The position numbers and the translations under genes were made by a program. The notes beneath the pieces were generated by a model, which ran no database searches, was not told the origin of the DNA, and saw only the letters and a list, made by a program, of their open reading frames with translations. 51,003 nucleotides of DNA from Nemertoderma westbladi (Eukaryota; Animalia; Xenacoelomorpha), in assembly GCA_032718475.1 (NCBI GenBank), contig JAUCBJ010004960.1:1-51003 (forward strand), given 5' to 3'. Positions 36,901 through 48,323 of this stretch are shown here, one piece after another (positions within the stretch are counted from its first letter, which is position 1; the number at the start of each line of letters is the position of its first letter).

Positions 36901-39900
36901 TTATATATGATGGAACAACAACGACGAGACCCTACCATGGCTGATCTCATGGCATTCTTAGATGGAGAAGTGAAATTACAGCTCCTAAAGCAGTCCAGAG
37001 AGAAGACACCGGAAAACAAGGTAAGTGAGAAACCCGTTTCTAGGAGAAAGGTAACACCAGTGTGTTATACCGACGACGGCGAAAGCCAGGCTTCTCAAGG
37101 AGAGGACAGCGGGAAAGACACTGAAAGATCTTATTATGTCAACAAAACGCCCAAAGACGTAAGTAAATTCAGGTCTCGAACCAAGTACAGGAGAGAACAG
37201 GTAAGAAAAACCCCTCCTACGTCTCCTAAGAGAATTCAGGTAAGAAAGCCCGAAGAAAGAACGAGTGTGTACAACGTTACTCAAAATAAGGTAAGTAACA
37301 TCAAACCGAAATGTGCGCTGTGTGACGGGCCCCACCGTTTGAATGTGTGTGATTGATGGATTCCTAAAGAAATCATTAACGGATAGACGGGAAGTCATGT
37401 GGGATAAGCGGTTGTGTTATAATTGCCTCAGACAAGGACACCAACGACGAACCTGTTACTCCGACACAAGGTGTGCAAAGTGCGGTGCGAAACATCATAT
37501 CTTGTTGCACACTGATTTCGAGCGAAACAGCCAGAGTCAGGTAAGTGATTCCGAATTACATGTCCAATTCAGTGATGTGAACGACACTGACCAAAGTTCT
37601 GAGAAGGAAGGATTCTATACGGACGAATTCTCCGACGAAAACGAATCCTGTTACATGATAAATACCGCAGTGTATCGAGCACTTACGTATGAAAAGGACA
37701 CCGACAGCGAGATCCCCCTAACTACTTCTGACCGACAACCATCTTGGAAAGCACCAACTTCCAATGTAGGAATCCGAGAATTTCCTGTAGTACAGTTAAG
37801 GGTCCACGGACCTAAAAGGAGTTATATAGTGAACGCCCTCCTTGACTCCGGTAGCACAGGAACATTCATCGACAAAGAACTAGCCGAAGACATCTTTGCT
37901 GGACAACCCAAGTTCCGAACTAAGCTAAACATGTCAGGAATTATGCAGGTTTGGAAATATACCGTAATAGCGGATTATTATGTAGGCGCGTATAAGGTCA
38001 GTAAAAATGGTGGCAATAAAGAACTTCGCTACCAGCCAAGTGAAACCTTATAACTGGGATGAGGACGATTTCACCCAGCAGCTTGAAATACCTAGATTCA
38101 ACACCGATTACCCTGGAGTGCAAATACTCATCAGTCAAAACGCGCATGAAGCGCTCGAGACATTGGAGAAACGGCCTGCTCAACCGCAACCACTACAAGC
38201 TTATGCGGGAAGAACTAGAGTGGGTTGGTACTTTACTGGCCCTTCCCGTAGAACTCTCATGGAAAGATTACCGAAAGATCAGGTATATCAAGTAAGAGAA
38301 TGGGAAGTTGAGAGCAGTGAGTTAGACGATCCAACTGAGGGAACACCATACTCCTCAGATAATGACGATGTCCACCAACTCTTCGACGAGGAGAATACCA
38401 TTGATCTCCTTAAGGAAAACGAGACTTGGCAAAACCAAGTGAACTTATGTCAACTCCTTCGTCCATCAGAACGTGACGACTATAACGACGAACTGAATGA
38501 CGTCATCGAACGTTATAATGCCAAGACTCGGGATGAACACGCCGTACGATTCTTTACTCAAGAGGTTGTAGAGCCCAATTCCTACGATAAGGCCCTATCG
38601 GTAGAAGAAGAAAGAGCCAAGCAGATCCAAGAGACAACTACACGTTTTCTTAAAGATCAAGGTAGATATGAAATCGGTCTACCTTTCCGAAAGCGAGAAC
38701 CAAAGTTCATAAACAACAGACCCTTGGCAGGGAAAAGAATTGCTCAACTACATCGACGCCTTACGGCAAATTCTTCAGCTAAAGAAATTTATCAAACGCA
38801 GTTGAAGAAATTTATTAGCAAGGGATATGCGGAGCGAGTACCGGAAGAAACACCTATAACTGAGAGAACGTATTATTTAACTCACCATTACGTTCCCAAA
38901 CCCGGTAAACCCCATGAGGTACGAGTAGTGTTTGACGGCTCCACCCTCTACATGGGCCAATCCCTCAATTCTGAATTGTTACCCGGACCCAACTTACTCC
39001 AATCCTTGTTGGGAATACTCTTAAGATTACGTCAATATTCAATCGCTTTCGCCTCAGATATAGAAGGCATGTTCTTACAAGTCAAGGCGCTGGATAGGGA
39101 TCGAGATAGCCTACGATTTCTGTGGTGGCCTGAAGGAGACCTCAACCAGAAACTGGTGGAGTACTGGATGACCATCCAGGCTTTTGGGATAATCTCAAGC
39201 CCTTCAAACGCCTGTTCAGTGGTGCGCACCACTGCGGATGACAACCGAGAAGCCTGCTCTAAAGAGGTGATTGACAACATCAAACGGGATATATACATGG
39301 ACGACAATCTAAAGTCCCTTCCATCAGTCGAAGAAGCCATTGATGTCGCTAAAGGAATGGTAGAGTGCTTAAAAAGAGGTGGATTCCGATTAACTAAATT
39401 CACCAGCAACTCCCGTTAGTTTCTGGAGTCGATCCCGGTAGAAGATCGAGGAGCGAAAGACCTAGATCTAATCAAAGATGATCTTCCAGAAACCAAGACA
39501 CTTGGTTTGAAATGGGACACAGAGAGAGATATCCTGTTTTTCCAGCTAAAACAGCGAGATAATCCAGTTCGGACTGAACGGATTTGTTTAAGTATCCTGA
39601 GCACTTATTTCGATCCATTGGGATTTATTAGCCCAGTTATATTGATTGCTCGGAGTTTAGTACAACAAATGTGGCTTGAAAACCACTCATGGGACGATCC
39701 ACTTAAGGGAGAATTATTAAAGAAGTGGATGAAATGGGAAGATTCTCTACCAGCCATCGAGAACTTTATAATTTCCCGTTCATATTTTGGTCATGTTCTC
39801 CCTACGTATTCCTATCAACTCCATGTGTTTGGAGACGCCAGCGATATGGGAATAGGTATAGTAGCCTACCTAAGAGTGGAAACTCCAGATGGAATCAAAG

Positions 39901-42179
39901 TCGCCTTGGTTACCTCTAAGGCATTGATAAACAACAAGTTGAAAGTTCCTCGAGCAGAGTTAAAAGCGGCTCTATACGCTACAGCCATCGGCCGGAATGT
40001 AACAGAACAGATCGATTATCCACTGGAGAAAACTGTCTATTGGACCGATGCTTTACTCGTGTTGGAGTATATAACCAATGAAGTCTGTCAGTTCAGTGTC
40101 TTCGTTACCAACAGAGTAGCCATTATACTTAGTCGCACGAAGATGGATCAATGGAGACATTGCCCCGGAACGATTAATCCAGCAGACATCGCCTCCAGGG
40201 GAGCAACTCCACAAGAACTGATAGATACTCCAGACTGGTTAGGTGGACCCGACTTCCTCTACAAAGAAGAAGAAGAATGGCCTCCTCATCTTACTACGGC
40301 AGAGATTAGACTGGCCAAGGGAGCGGAGAAAGTCAAACCTAAAACTCGGGCGAGTAAATCGAAGTTATTTAAACCTATGGTAGATCTGTCTGTACTACAC
40401 ACTTCCGGAGACGACGCTTTGGATCCGAAACCCACAGCCACAAATAAGTCTGTTGTAGAAATCCGTGAAAAGGATTGGAAATCTGGAATACCAGACGTCT
40501 CGCAAGGACTCTCACCTCTCCTGCAGAGAGCGATACATCACTACAGTTCCTGGAATCGGCTCTGTAAAGCCGTTACATATTTAAAACGATGTTTTCATCA
40601 TCACTACTCCGGGACGAAGACCAATAGTGATACCGCTCCTCTGACATCTGTGCAGGTCCATGTTGTTAAAGATCTTTCCAAATATAAGATATCCGACAGG
40701 TTTCTGAATGAGAAGATCAGTTATCAGGAGCATGAAGAAACCAACAAGCAGATGCTGAGACTCCTGCAATGCTATGAGGATTCCGATAAGTATTTCCTGT
40801 TGTTGAGAAATCCACAGATGCGCTTAAGGGATCGTTTCTCTAGCACAATGATAGATGGGTTGATACGTGTTGGAGGAAGATTAACGAATGCTCCATTATC
40901 CTTTGACACTAAGTTTCCCATACTCATTAGAAATCTTGAGATACAAGTCAAGATGATTGTAGATGTTCACAGCAAACTTTATCATGCTGGTAGAGAACGA
41001 GTTCTTAGCGAAATTCGAACTCGCTATTATTTTTATAAACCCCGTAGAGCTCTGAACCAAGTTCTTAGGAACTGCATACCCTGTAGGAAAGCATTCAGTA
41101 GGCCTTTAACACAGCGAGAGGCAGAATTACCTAGGGAACGAGTAAGCTTCTATGAACCACCCTTTACTAATACCGGTGTAGATTTATTTGGCCCTATTGA
41201 AGTATATCGTGCTAGGACTATAGTCAAGAGATGGTGTGTCATCGTTGTTTGTATGACTTGTAGAGCTATCCATCTCGATATGGTGAACGATTTATCTACC
41301 AACAGCTTCCTATTAAGCTTACGACGACAGATCGCTCACTTTGGAACCAGTAACACGATGAGATCTGATAAGGGAACAAACTTCATTGGTGCCAACAATG
41401 AAATCAAAGCTTACGTCAAAGATTGGAACCAAAGACAGGTGGACGATCAGCTAAGGGTAACAGCGTCTAGCTGGACCTTCAACGCTGCCGACGCCCCTTG
41501 GTGGGGAGGAAGTTGGGAGAGATTATTTAGAAGTGTGAAGACTGCATTTCACTTTATAGTGCCGTGCCGTGCGTATCTCACCGACTAACTTTTGTGGACG
41601 TTAATAGAGGAAATCGCCGCCTATCTCAACGAGAGACCGCTTATGCTAGTCTCATCGAGTCCCGATTCCCTGGAAGCGCTAACACCCACGCACTTCCTAC
41701 TGAAGAAACCTGTAGCCATGCTCCCACAATCGGAAATCACAGATGGAGACGAATACTGCCGGCAAACTTGGCAACTCATGCAGTTGTTATCCCGTCGTTT
41801 CGCTGACCATTTCGAAAAACATTATCTGCCCACGCTACAACTTCGAACTAAGTGGTTTGCGCAGCAAGAAAACGTCAGCGCTGGAGACATGGTCCTTATT
41901 GTGGATGCAGATCTTCCACGTAAGAGGTGGCAGACAGGTCGTATCATCGAGACTCACATCTCGGATGACGGTTTGGTGCGATCGGTAGAACTCGTCGTCA
42001 TGCGACGTAACTTCAAGAAACCGGGAATTGTCTTCGAGACACAGCAGCTCAATCGCCCAGTTGGTCGTTTATGTTTACTGGAAAGAGACAGAGAACTCTC
42101 CGGAAACTATGGAAGACAAGATACCCTTCCCACGACCACCTCCCTAATCCAACAAACATCTAGGGACTCCCCAGCTTAG
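33971..42179 (+). pseudogene. gag-pol: BEL/Pao gag-pol polyprotein (about 2,730 codons), disrupted by 3 stops and 3 frameshifts
   Basis: Gag core KFNGD..W..F..LSNGEKLRFL..CLEG; three Zn knuckles (CALCDGPH, CYNCLRQGH..C, CAKCGAKHHILLH); protease ALLDSGS; RT RVVFDGS, SLN..LLPGPNL, DIEGMFLQV, YMDD; RNase H LHVFGDAS, PRAELKAA, WTDA, NPADIASRG; integrase H..H..C..C, GVDLFGP, SDKGTNF, WWGGSWERL. Stops at 34772, 39417, 41586; frameshifts near 35383, 37350 (tgat duplication) and 38007-38050. Confidence 0.95.
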
Positions 42180-43809
42180 CAGCGTCTGGAGTGGGTGTGT
42201 GACCATATTATTTTATATTCTTATTATTTTATATTTATGTATGTATTATTATGTAATTTTATTATAATCGTTTTCTTTAATTTTATTTAGTAGAATGTTA
42301 TTTTAGCGATTATTTAGTAGATTAGTGCAATATATATTCGCGTTTATTACTTAATTACTTATATATTATATATTTAGTGCGACGGCGAGAAATAATTCTT
42401 TTTCTCTTTCCTTACTGTCCGTATCATATTATAAATACGTGACTACAGTAAGATGAAATGTCCGTACTTATTAAAGTACAATAAAGCTCCTACTATATTC
42501 AAGTATTATTGGTAAGTAGAGTATTAGGAATGCAAAGTTCAGATCCTCGTGTCTCGGCTAAACCAAGCTCTGGGTAGACCTTGGAAACGACTTGCCTATT
42601 CTCACTGACATTGCTTCCTGCGATATTGCTCTCATACCGTATATTAAATAATACATATAGTAGCGTGATGTCACTTTAACAGTAGCGTACAACGCAAAAT
42701 AAATCTGTTAAACCCTTTGACCATCTGTAATTCTAGTCGATTAAGATATCGCGGCACCCACTGTTATACTTGAAAGACAAAATTCTAGAATCAGTGGTTA
42801 ACGTCCCCAGACAAGTTCTGGAATAAACTGGTGCCCATCCTAAATATTAACTATTAATATTTATAAAATCAGTCAAAATTTAGATCCTTTAAAATTCTAG
42901 TCGATTAAGATATCGTAGCACTTACCGATACTCTTAAAAAGACCAATTTCCTAGAATCAAGGTTCCTAGTCCCCAGACATGTTCTGGAACAAAATTGTGT
43001 CTATTTAATATTAAATAATAAAATTTACGGGAATAAATTTAAATTCATATTTTAATGAATTTGATAAATTGTCATTTTTATACAATTTATAACATTCCCA
43101 AAATTCCATAAATTAATAGATCATGGGAGCGGAGATTCACCCTATTAAGTATATTCGTGTGCGAGAATCTCCAATATATAGTCAATAGCCGATAAAATTC
43201 ATAAAATCATGTATAGAGAGGATATTGACCATTAAAGAATTACTATTAAATAGCATCCCAGATCTGTATGCATGAGAATTACCCTAATTCTACCGCTAGC
43301 TTTCCATAATGTCACCATGGCAACAACCACGCTAGAATTAGAAGTGAGTTAAAAGAACAATAAAGCTTGCCCATTGAATAGCATAAGGAATAAATAGCAC
43401 ACTGCTAGTATCCCAGGATACCCAATAATAACGTGGCATTCTGGAAGGCACTGACTAACGGACAAATGCCCCGAATGTGCGCGGTTTGTGACAGTTGTGT
43501 GGAATTTGTGCGTTTATAGGCAAATGTTACTACTAAAGTGTGTTTACAGTAGCGAGTCGCAATTGTGAAAGTAGCCCTAACTCTCCAGTAAGAACCTGAA
43601 GTAAATCTAAGCCTTTGGGACGGACGGTGGAGTGACTCGCGCTGGTTGTTGTTGTCGTTGTGCAGCTACGACGTTGGCGATAGGCACATCGGCGAAAGTA
43701 CACCTGCGCTGAGGATCTTGCGCTGTCCGGGGGCCGAGAGGGGTAGGCAGCGACGCCCGCTAGCCTAAATATAAACTCATTATAATATTGATAAACTCAT
43801 ATAGCAGAT

Positions 43810-44256
43810 ATGACTGAGTTGATAGAAGATGATCTTGGTATCAGGGAGCGATATATTCTACCTTTACAAGCGTTTGTTGAAAACTTGATACGCTGCGACG
43901 CTGGTCCAACTACTACAGAGGACGATGGTCATTATATCGAACCGCCAATGTCCCAGGAGCAACTTACGCATGAATTGGACTATAGAAAATTCACCGCTCG
44001 CTATACGCATCGTAATGGTACGTATATGGACTTCTTAACTACCGGCCATCCTATCGATTTACACGATACGGACGATATCGACACCGAAAGGGAAATGGTC
44101 CTATTTAAATATCATACCCAGCGGAGTTGGAACGATAAATTGAGAATCGAATGCAAAAATTCTATTCGAAATCGACTCGAAGGAGAAGACGTTAAAGAAC
44201 CGGATAAACGCGGTAACTCCAACGTATATTTGGAATTCTTGAGAGAAACATTGTAA
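43810..44256 (+). CDS. Orphan 148-aa ORF in the post-integrase region of the BEL element, function unknown
   Basis: ATG-initiated with protein-like composition, followed by further open stretches to ~45170; no motif I recognise. Confidence 0.4.
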   Translation: MTELIEDDLGIRERYILPLQAFVENLIRCDAGPTTTEDDGHYIEPPMSQEQLTHELDYRKFTARYTHRNGTYMDFLTTGHPIDLHDTDDIDTEREMVLFKYHTQRSWNDKLRIECKNSIRNRLEGEDVKEPDKRGNSNVYLEFLRETL

Positions 44257-45237
44257 AACCGAATAAATATCACCTGCGTTTCCCCTACAAGACGTGCGTC
44301 TTTGGTATTATTACGATGAATGCCCTAGACCCAACCAACAAACGGAAAGACATAAACATCCGTAGAGACGTTGCTTTAAACACGGTTTTACTCGCTATAT
44401 TTACGGGAGTTTCGAGCGACACTTGTTCGATGTATCACCTACGCTCGCTCGATTCAAACGATCCTTAAATAAACCTATGATCAGAGTTCCGGAATACTCG
44501 GTCAGACCTCTTCACTCCCTAGTGAGAACCCAGACTCTCGACCCTAATAGTATCAGGGATCTTCCCGAACTGTACTCACTGTTCAAAGATCTAGTGTTAC
44601 CCGAACAGTTGATCGGTGGCACTCCGGTAGTGGGCTCACTAAATATTCGCCCATCTTACCTAGCCGGATTGAGACGCGGATATTTAATATCGCCATTCAA
44701 CCGTATCATCGTCCCTGTTTAACCCGATACAACCTGTCACCGAGGCGGAGGCGAGAGTTGTACGAAACGCGTTGGACACTACTCGTCAAAAGAATGGAAA
44801 ATGAACCTACAATTGTTTAGAGAAACGTAAATTGCAGCAGCAAGTCCAAGCGGTAAACGAATTAATTTTATCCCAGTTCGATCAGGAAATTCAGAATCTC
44901 TAAGAAGATATCGAACTTGGACGACCCTATTCTCTGCAAGAGTTTTGGACGAACGCATCCAACGATAAGCGGAGGAAAATCAGCTCGAGGAGAAGCATAT
45001 CGAAATGGACGATACACCGATCGTAATCCTAAACCTTCTGATGCAATTGTATTGCACCCTTCACCCAGGAGTTACAGCCCTCCTAGTAAAGTGGCTCGCC
45101 CCAAAGAGAAAAGGACTCTTGCTAGCCTCAAAAAACTGCGTAAACGCCGTCCGCGTAAGAAAGACTAACTGTTTAGAGTATTTTTATATTTTAGAAACTG
45201 TGATTTTTATATTTTATAGACTAAAATCCCATTTTCT

Positions 45238-45245
45238 GGGAGCGG
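45238..45245 (+). promoter_or_regulatory. Short polypurine tract GGGAGCGG before the 3' LTR
   Basis: Purine-rich octamer directly 5' of the TG of the 3' LTR, preceded by a T tract. Confidence 0.6.
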
Positions 45246-46426
45246 TGTAAAAGCTTTTGCGGAATTAGCGGTTATTTTCCCCGTAAAGTACTCTGTAGTT
45301 GGTTTAACAGGCATAAAAGGCCGTGTCCTTACTGTACTGGTGTTTTAGTGGACATAAAAAGCCATCTCTTCTGTATGTGTACTTTAGCGGACATAATTAG
45401 CAATTCTATGACGCAATGCGCTAGATCCTCTTGAAACAGTGTAGTTACTATGATGACAGCTAACAGCTGAGCTGTACACGTGTAGTTTTTTCCTTGTTCT
45501 CTGGTGTTTCTTTGTTCGGTCAACCAATCAGAGCGATTCTCTTGCTTTTTGGACAGAAACCTCCAAGAAATCGCGCAATGCATTATGGGTCAATGTTTAC
45601 ATTTTTGTCCTGAGCCTAGAAGACCGGCTTTTGGAATCTCTGTGTTTTTCAGTCTTTAGCCCAACATTAGTAGGCTTAATTATAGAACGTATATCTGTTA
45701 TCATTACTCACATATCTTAACATAACATAATCATAACCAGTCATACCTTAACATTTGTACTGCTATTTACTGTCGGTTATTCATTATATCGGTTGATGGA
45801 ATATTATTATATTTGGAATACCGATAAATAATTACAAAACCCTCAATCTTCTTGATATACTGAAGGTAAGAGAGACCGGTTACATATAACGATTGCGACT
45901 TACATTAAAGTGGTTCTGAAGTGAATCTAATGCTATTTCATAGGCACTACATGTATTGGTTGTTGTTCTCTTTATATGTGATTAAAATTAGTGAAGGTCG
46001 GCAGATCGGTGTGCAGCATTGTGCAGTATTGTGTATGATTGTGACTGATAACAAAGCATCTCCTAAAGAATGCGCCATATACGTGAATCTATAGCCATCC
46101 CGTTGTGTCTAGTTTAAGTCATAACTCTGTTTACATATTTAGAGCGCCACGTCCTAAAGGAACTGTTAATATTTCCCGAAAGTGAATAATATTTGTCAGA
46201 GATTATATATTACGATCAGTCGAATAATACAGTAGGCCTACACCGCAATACGGTTAGGCTTCCGAATCCAGTCTCCCGGGTATATCCAGCGGGTGAATGG
46301 TCGCGCATAGACTGGCTTCGGCTAATGTAGTGTATCAAATACTCGTCATAGGCTAAAGACGATTTATTATCTAGAAGACATCCCAATTTGGCAGGTTAAA
46401 CTGCTAAAGGTCTGAAAGCGCGAACA
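45246..46426 (+). repeat. 3' LTR (1181 bp)
   Basis: Direct repeat of 30615-31796, followed by TSD CTTGT. Confidence 0.97.
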
Positions 46427-46612
46427 CTTGTTCCTCCTATATTCAAATTACGATCGCAAAATTTATTTCCGTATAAAATATATTCTGTTTTCTTCACGTT
46501 TAACGTTAATCGATTTGACACGAGCCATTCCTGGATTTTGATTAATTCCCCATTAACTTTGTCAATCTGTAATTGACAGGCAATTGACAGGCAATCTGTA
46601 ATTGACAGGCAA
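46427..46612 (-). mobile_element. 5'-truncated end of the same L2/CR1-group LINE, split off by the BEL insertion
   Basis: The minus strand reads IDKVNGELIKIQEWLVSNRLTLNVKKTEYILYG..NIGGT and rejoins in frame to RLKQVQQIKYLGV at ~30610 once the BEL element and one TSD are removed. Second TSD copy TCTGTACCA at 46613-46621. Confidence 0.88.
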
Positions 46613-47294
46613 TCTGTACCAATCTAGTCCGAGGTAAAAAGTAGTTTTTGTTTGTAAACGAACTTTAAATAATTTCATTTATAACATTATTATTAAAAAC
46701 CAAGTTGAGATACTAATCACTACCAATAAGTAAACAAATATTTGAAATCAAATCAAATCAAGATTCTCATCAAAATATGAACTGATTGACAATATTCGGA
46801 ACGGCCGTAGTCAACAATAAAGGCAATCTGTCAACTAAAATTGCATTTGTTTCCACTAAACTATCCGAAGTTTCAACGTAACTTATAAGTTTATAACTCG
46901 TCCCGCTGGGTAAATATGTCGTAAAATAACTTGGTAATAATTTGGCATCACCGCCAATAGACTATTTATTTTATATCCTATAAACCAAACTTTTGGGACA
47001 CCAAAGAGTGGGTGGGTACAAATTTATCCATAAATTTATATTATTTTGTATTTTTTACAGTATTACTTATTTGCTTAAAGTTAGATCATCAAATGAAACC
47101 TTATTGATCTATATGGGCTTACATTAACCACTACAGGGTAATTATTTATTTAGATAAGCAACAAAGAAGTGGCAAAAATATTCGCGTTTAAAAAACTCGC
47201 TATTACAATATTTAACAAATTAACATTATTATCATTATGAATCTAAAAGTTTTACATCTAAGTTATATTATTATTATTAATATTATTGTTACAG

Positions 47295-47900
47295 ATTTGC
47301 CGTCTAGGATAAACATTAACCCCAACGATGCGATTACAAAGAAAAAAGGCGAAACATTGGAATTAAAATGTTCGGCAGACGAATACAATGTGGAACTAAA
47401 CCCAAGTTGGTCCTGGTACGTTGGTACTAAAGATGTTACTGGTGATGCAGCTACAGTTGCTGAACCATCTTCATCAACATTTACACTAGACCCTTTACGC
47501 GCAGACGATGGAGGTGATTATAAGTGCGAGTTTACCGGTAGTTACAGCAACGGTGGGGAAGGGAGAAAAGAAAGTCCTGCGGTAACGGTAACTGTAGAAT
47601 ATTGTGATCTGGACCTGAGAGTTTCTGGTACTTCTTATGATGGAGGTGATTCAATACAATTAAATAGAAGTTTAGAAGTTCATAACGACCCAATAGAGGT
47701 AAAGTGGATTCCAGTTGGAGATGGATGCAATATAGGTGTTGGTTATATTTGGAGTGGCGACTTCGTAACCGGTGGAGATGAAGTTAGGAATATCGATATA
47801 AATAAAAGATCTTCAGGGATTTACACAACAACAGCCGAATATACGTTTTATGATTCATCAACTATTACAGAGTCATTCACTATTGAGTTAATAGTTCAGT
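47295..47900 (+). CDS. Gene B second coding exon: one canonical Ig domain + one short degenerate Ig-like domain
   Basis: Acceptor gttacag|at and donor CAGT|gtaagt; 606 nt, phase 1-1. KGETLELKCSA..WSWY..FTLDPLRADDGGDYKC, then YIW..INKRSSGIYT..FTIELIVQ. Confidence 0.87.
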
Positions 47901-48275
47901 GTAAGTAACAATAAACTACTGTAAATATTACCCTCCATCACTGTTAGTAGAACAGGAGTCATTCACTATTGAGTTAATAGTTCAGTGTAAGTAACAATAA
48001 ACTACTGTAAATAATACCCTCCTTCACTGTTAGTAGAACAGGAGTCATTCACTATTGAGTTAATAGTTCAGTGTAAGTAACAATAAACTACTGTAAATAT
48101 TACCCCCCATCACTGTTAGTAGAACAGGAGTCATTCACTATTGAGTTAATAGTTCAGTGTAAGTAACAATAAACTACTGTAAATATTACCCTCCATCACT
48201 GTTAGTAGAACAGGAGTCATTCACTATTGAGTTAATAGTTCAGTATAAGTAACATTAAACTACTGTAAATATTAC
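47870..48275 (+). repeat. 86-bp tandem repeat (4 full copies + 1 partial) spanning the exon/intron boundary
   Basis: Unit starts at 47870, 47956, 48042, 48128 and 48214 (GAGTCATTCACTATTGAGTTAATAGTTCAGTGTAAGTAAC...). Confidence 0.95.
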
Positions 48276-48323
48276 ATATATATTACATATATATACATAT
48301 GTATATTTAAATTTAAATTTAGG

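Larger units (their letters stand above)
30615..46426 (+). mobile_element. Full-length BEL/Pao LTR retrotransposon, 15,812 bp
   Basis: Two ~1.18-kb TG...CA LTRs; 5-bp TSD CTTGT (30610-30614 and 46427-46431); Gag-PR-RT-RH-IN order with BEL/Pao-specific motifs. Confidence 0.97.
24473..47294 (+). other. Predicted 22.8-kb first intron of gene B, mostly transposon insertions
   Basis: gtaagt...gttacag ends with matching phase 1; splicing gives IVVQ-Y-LPSRINI, a normal Ig-Ig junction. A small intervening exon cannot be excluded. Confidence 0.7.

Noticed and set aside
33971-42179. Idea that gag-pol is too damaged for its LTR age (trans-mobilised copy) or uses programmed recoding
   Set aside because: Three stops and three frameshifts in 8.2 kb is about what the ~1% LTR divergence predicts, and the lesions look like ordinary small indels.
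43810-45250. env gene in the BEL 3' region
   Set aside because: No signal peptide, fusion-protein Cys pattern or TM anchor visible; kept only as an unknown accessory region.
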